Assembly: GCA_950097015.1 (NCBI GenBank)
Contig: CATNEN010000040.1
Coordinates: 248,001-312,000, forward strand
DNA: 64,000 nucleotides
Source: Macrostomum hystrix
Lineage: Eukaryota; Animalia; Platyhelminthes
Reading direction: 5' to 3'
Position numbers and translations under genes: made by a program
In this document: positions 61,811-64,000 of the stretch, piece after piece
How positions within the stretch are numbered: the stretch's first letter is position 1
Layout of the letters: the number at the start of each line of letters is the position of its first letter
Notes under the pieces: generated by a model
What the model was told of the DNA's origin: nothing
The model's database searches: none
What the model saw: only the letters and a program-made list of their open reading frames with translations

Positions 61811-63959
61811 TTATGTAGACATGAGCAGCTGCTCCACCGAGGGAACGTCCTCGTCTGAACCTGTGTCTTCTGAGGCGGCTGCCATTTGTCTGAAAATTAA
61901 ATTGTTCGAAAAGGCAGTCAGGAAAATGTATTCCACGAAATTCGAAACTTAAGAGCATTTAGCTTAGATAAACCAACGGATGAATGGGTAAATTCCTTAT
62001 GCCTTAAAAAACTGCAGAACTATTGAAAAAATAACAATAATAGTAATAATAATAATAATAATTGATTATATCTGCCCCAATTGGGCCAGATGTGCAGCCG
62101 ACAGCACAGCCGCAGCTATTGCGCGGCGCATCTGAAGGTCGCGCACAGCTGTTAAGTCCATGGACTGGGGGGACGCCACACCTACCTACAATTACCCCAG
62201 CTGGGTGAACTGAAGCAATGCAGAGTTAAGTGCTTTGCTAAAGGACACAAATTGTTCCAGTGGAGTCGGGAATCGAACCCCTCGGCCTTCAAGTCGTGAG
62301 TCGAACGCCCAAGTCTAACTACAAGGAACTACAAGGCTACAACCCCATGATAGCAGAATAATCAGAGCTATATACCAATAGCAGTATAATTCTGCCATTT
62401 GAATGTATTATATCTTCGTAGATATAATATATTACTCAGCTATTGGCAGCAGTATAATTCTGCCATTTGTCCTACTATAAATACAGAAATGCGTGTACGA
62501 GTACAAATACCTACAAAAAACTACAATATTGCATATTGATAACGCTCGATAAAATTATTATTCTTGCTGAAGAAAATAGTAATTAAAAACACAGAAAGGC
62601 GATTTAAACAAAAAAACAAAAAATTGACGTCCTCACTTTGCTATTATATTTGAGCAGAAAAAGACAACAAGCTTAATGAAAAGGCCTGTGGTAGCCAAAT
62701 AGATAGCTTAGCCATGAAAATCAAATGCTGAAGTATATATTGCCAAGAGTAAACAATAAATCACATAGCCACTGCTGATAATTAAGAAGTAGCTGTAGCA
62801 CCTAACAATGAAATGCCCTTTCTATTACATCACATTATCATACTTTTAAACAGAAAGAACGCAAATTTTAATAGCTAGTCAAGCTAGAGATACTACGCTC
62901 GTAGCTAGATAGTAATAGCTAGAAATACAGATGCTAATCGAATGTTTCAGAAGTACAGGGTAGCAGAAACATTCCCTGATAATTTACTTATAATTCATCA
63001 AACAAACCAAATGAGCTCTAATGCTCAATCTGTCTTTCTTGCGACTATAAAAACATTGATAGCATCGTCAGGCACAACTTAAAGAACAATAGAATTGATC
63101 ATCACTAGAATGATCAGTAGAAAAACCTAGAAATTTAACAACTAATAAAAATATAGCCCAAGTCTTAACACACAGACACACGGTTGCAATCGACTCCGTC
63201 AAGACCGCAAAAATCAGAAAATCACATTGCTGAAGCGTCGATGGAGACAAACTCGATCGACCTGCCCGAAGCGCTGATCAGAAGCAGCAAGTCGCGGTTC
63301 CCCATCCGCACTAAAGTCGACGCTCTCGACACTGGACTCTTCAATTCGAGAGCCTGGAGCACCTGGCTGCTACTTCTCAATGCAACAATTCGCTTGCCCT
63401 CGACTAGAACTGCTCCGCCGTTCCCAGCACTGAACAGTGCCACACCTGGATCCACGGCAGTCCGACGGCGCCGACCCAGCAGCTTAGTGAGCTGCGGCAG
63501 CTCCGAGACCAAGCGACTGTCGACGTCTACTCTGGACAGCGTGCCATCACCTGGATCAACCAGAATGAAGTTCGGGCAGACTGAGAACACTGACGTGAAT
63601 GAAGAGGCCGAGAGGGCAACACTGCGAATCTGCTGCAGATTTTTAGAATCGTAAACAGAAACGTAGGAAACATCATAGAGCGAGTGATACACCATAATCT
63701 GATCCGACTGGTGGCTGTAGTTCCACAGTTTGGAGTTTTCAATTTCAACTGATTTTAACGACTGGCCACACGCACTCGCAGTAAAAAGTCCATAATGATG
63801 CGCAACAATGAAACCTAGCGAACATCCGAAAATAGCATGGAAGTTATCTACATTCCTAAAAGGGAAGGGAAAACAAATACGGACTACTGCACCAAAAATT
63901 AGCTGGCATTCTGGAAAACTAAATAGCTGAAACTCGCGAGATGAGCGATTCGACTGGAA
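61811..63959 (-). CDS. Uncharacterised protein, beta-rich (possibly propeller-like), 5' end possibly outside the window
   Basis: A 734-nt open exon starts at the acceptor gtgcag| (63959) and either stops at 63222 or splices (AT|gt at 63226) to an in-phase terminal exon 61889-61811 (QMAAASEDTGSDEDVPSVEQLLMST*). No recognisable family motif. Confidence 0.55.
62045..62345 (-). mobile_element. SINE family B, full-length copy
   Basis: Reverse complement reads ggggttgtagcc..gttcgactcacgacttgaaggccgaggggttcgattcccg..tgtgtcctttagcaaagcacttaactctgcattgcttcagttcacccagctg, with a (TAA)n tail. Confidence 0.85.
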
Positions 63960-64000
63960 CTGCACAAATATAATGGACTTTGGAAGCTTTACACTCTCTT

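Noticed and set aside
61811-61885. MAAASEDTG.. as a first coding exon of the methyltransferase
   Set aside because: An in-frame TGA lies 9 nt upstream of the methyltransferase ATG at 61161. The segment fits better as the terminal exon of the upstream gene.

Overview
Eukaryotic, intron-rich animal DNA. GC-rich exons with poly-Ala/Gln tracts alternate with AT-rich spacers, and about 30 different 9-37 bp minisatellite arrays fill most long introns and intergenic gaps. The style strongly suggests a Macrostomum-type free-living flatworm (inference, no database search). Ten protein-coding genes were reconstructed by hand with splice sites and phases. One is on + (ARHGAP19-like RhoGAP with a GC-AG intron). 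The rest are on -: an orphan type I membrane protein, a ~1016-aa protein with Ubl-like-TIR-TIR-SLOG architecture, two tandem paralogous secreted four-helix proteins with CNTF/IL-6-family-like motifs, ALKBH4, LYRM9, a RING-H2/coiled-coil E3, DDX27 and a METTL21-family methyltransferase. A partial orphan gene lies at the right edge. Mobile DNA comprises two tRNA-derived SINE families, a hAT MITE nested in a SINE, and a probable mariner relic. The most interesting signals are: (1) a single-chain TIR(catalytic Glu)+TIR(pseudo)+SLOG protein that recalls the logic of bacterial Thoeris signalling; (2) the adjacent pair of CNTF-like cytokine candidates; (3) a co-oriented operon-like gene run in which LYRM9 and the RING gene begin at a phase-0 splice acceptor with no ATG of their own, as expected if the flatworm spliced leader supplies the initiator AUG; (4) same-family minisatellite arrays placed in inverted or direct orientation around exons and genes. 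Most long ORFs in the supplied track are artefacts of translating repeats.
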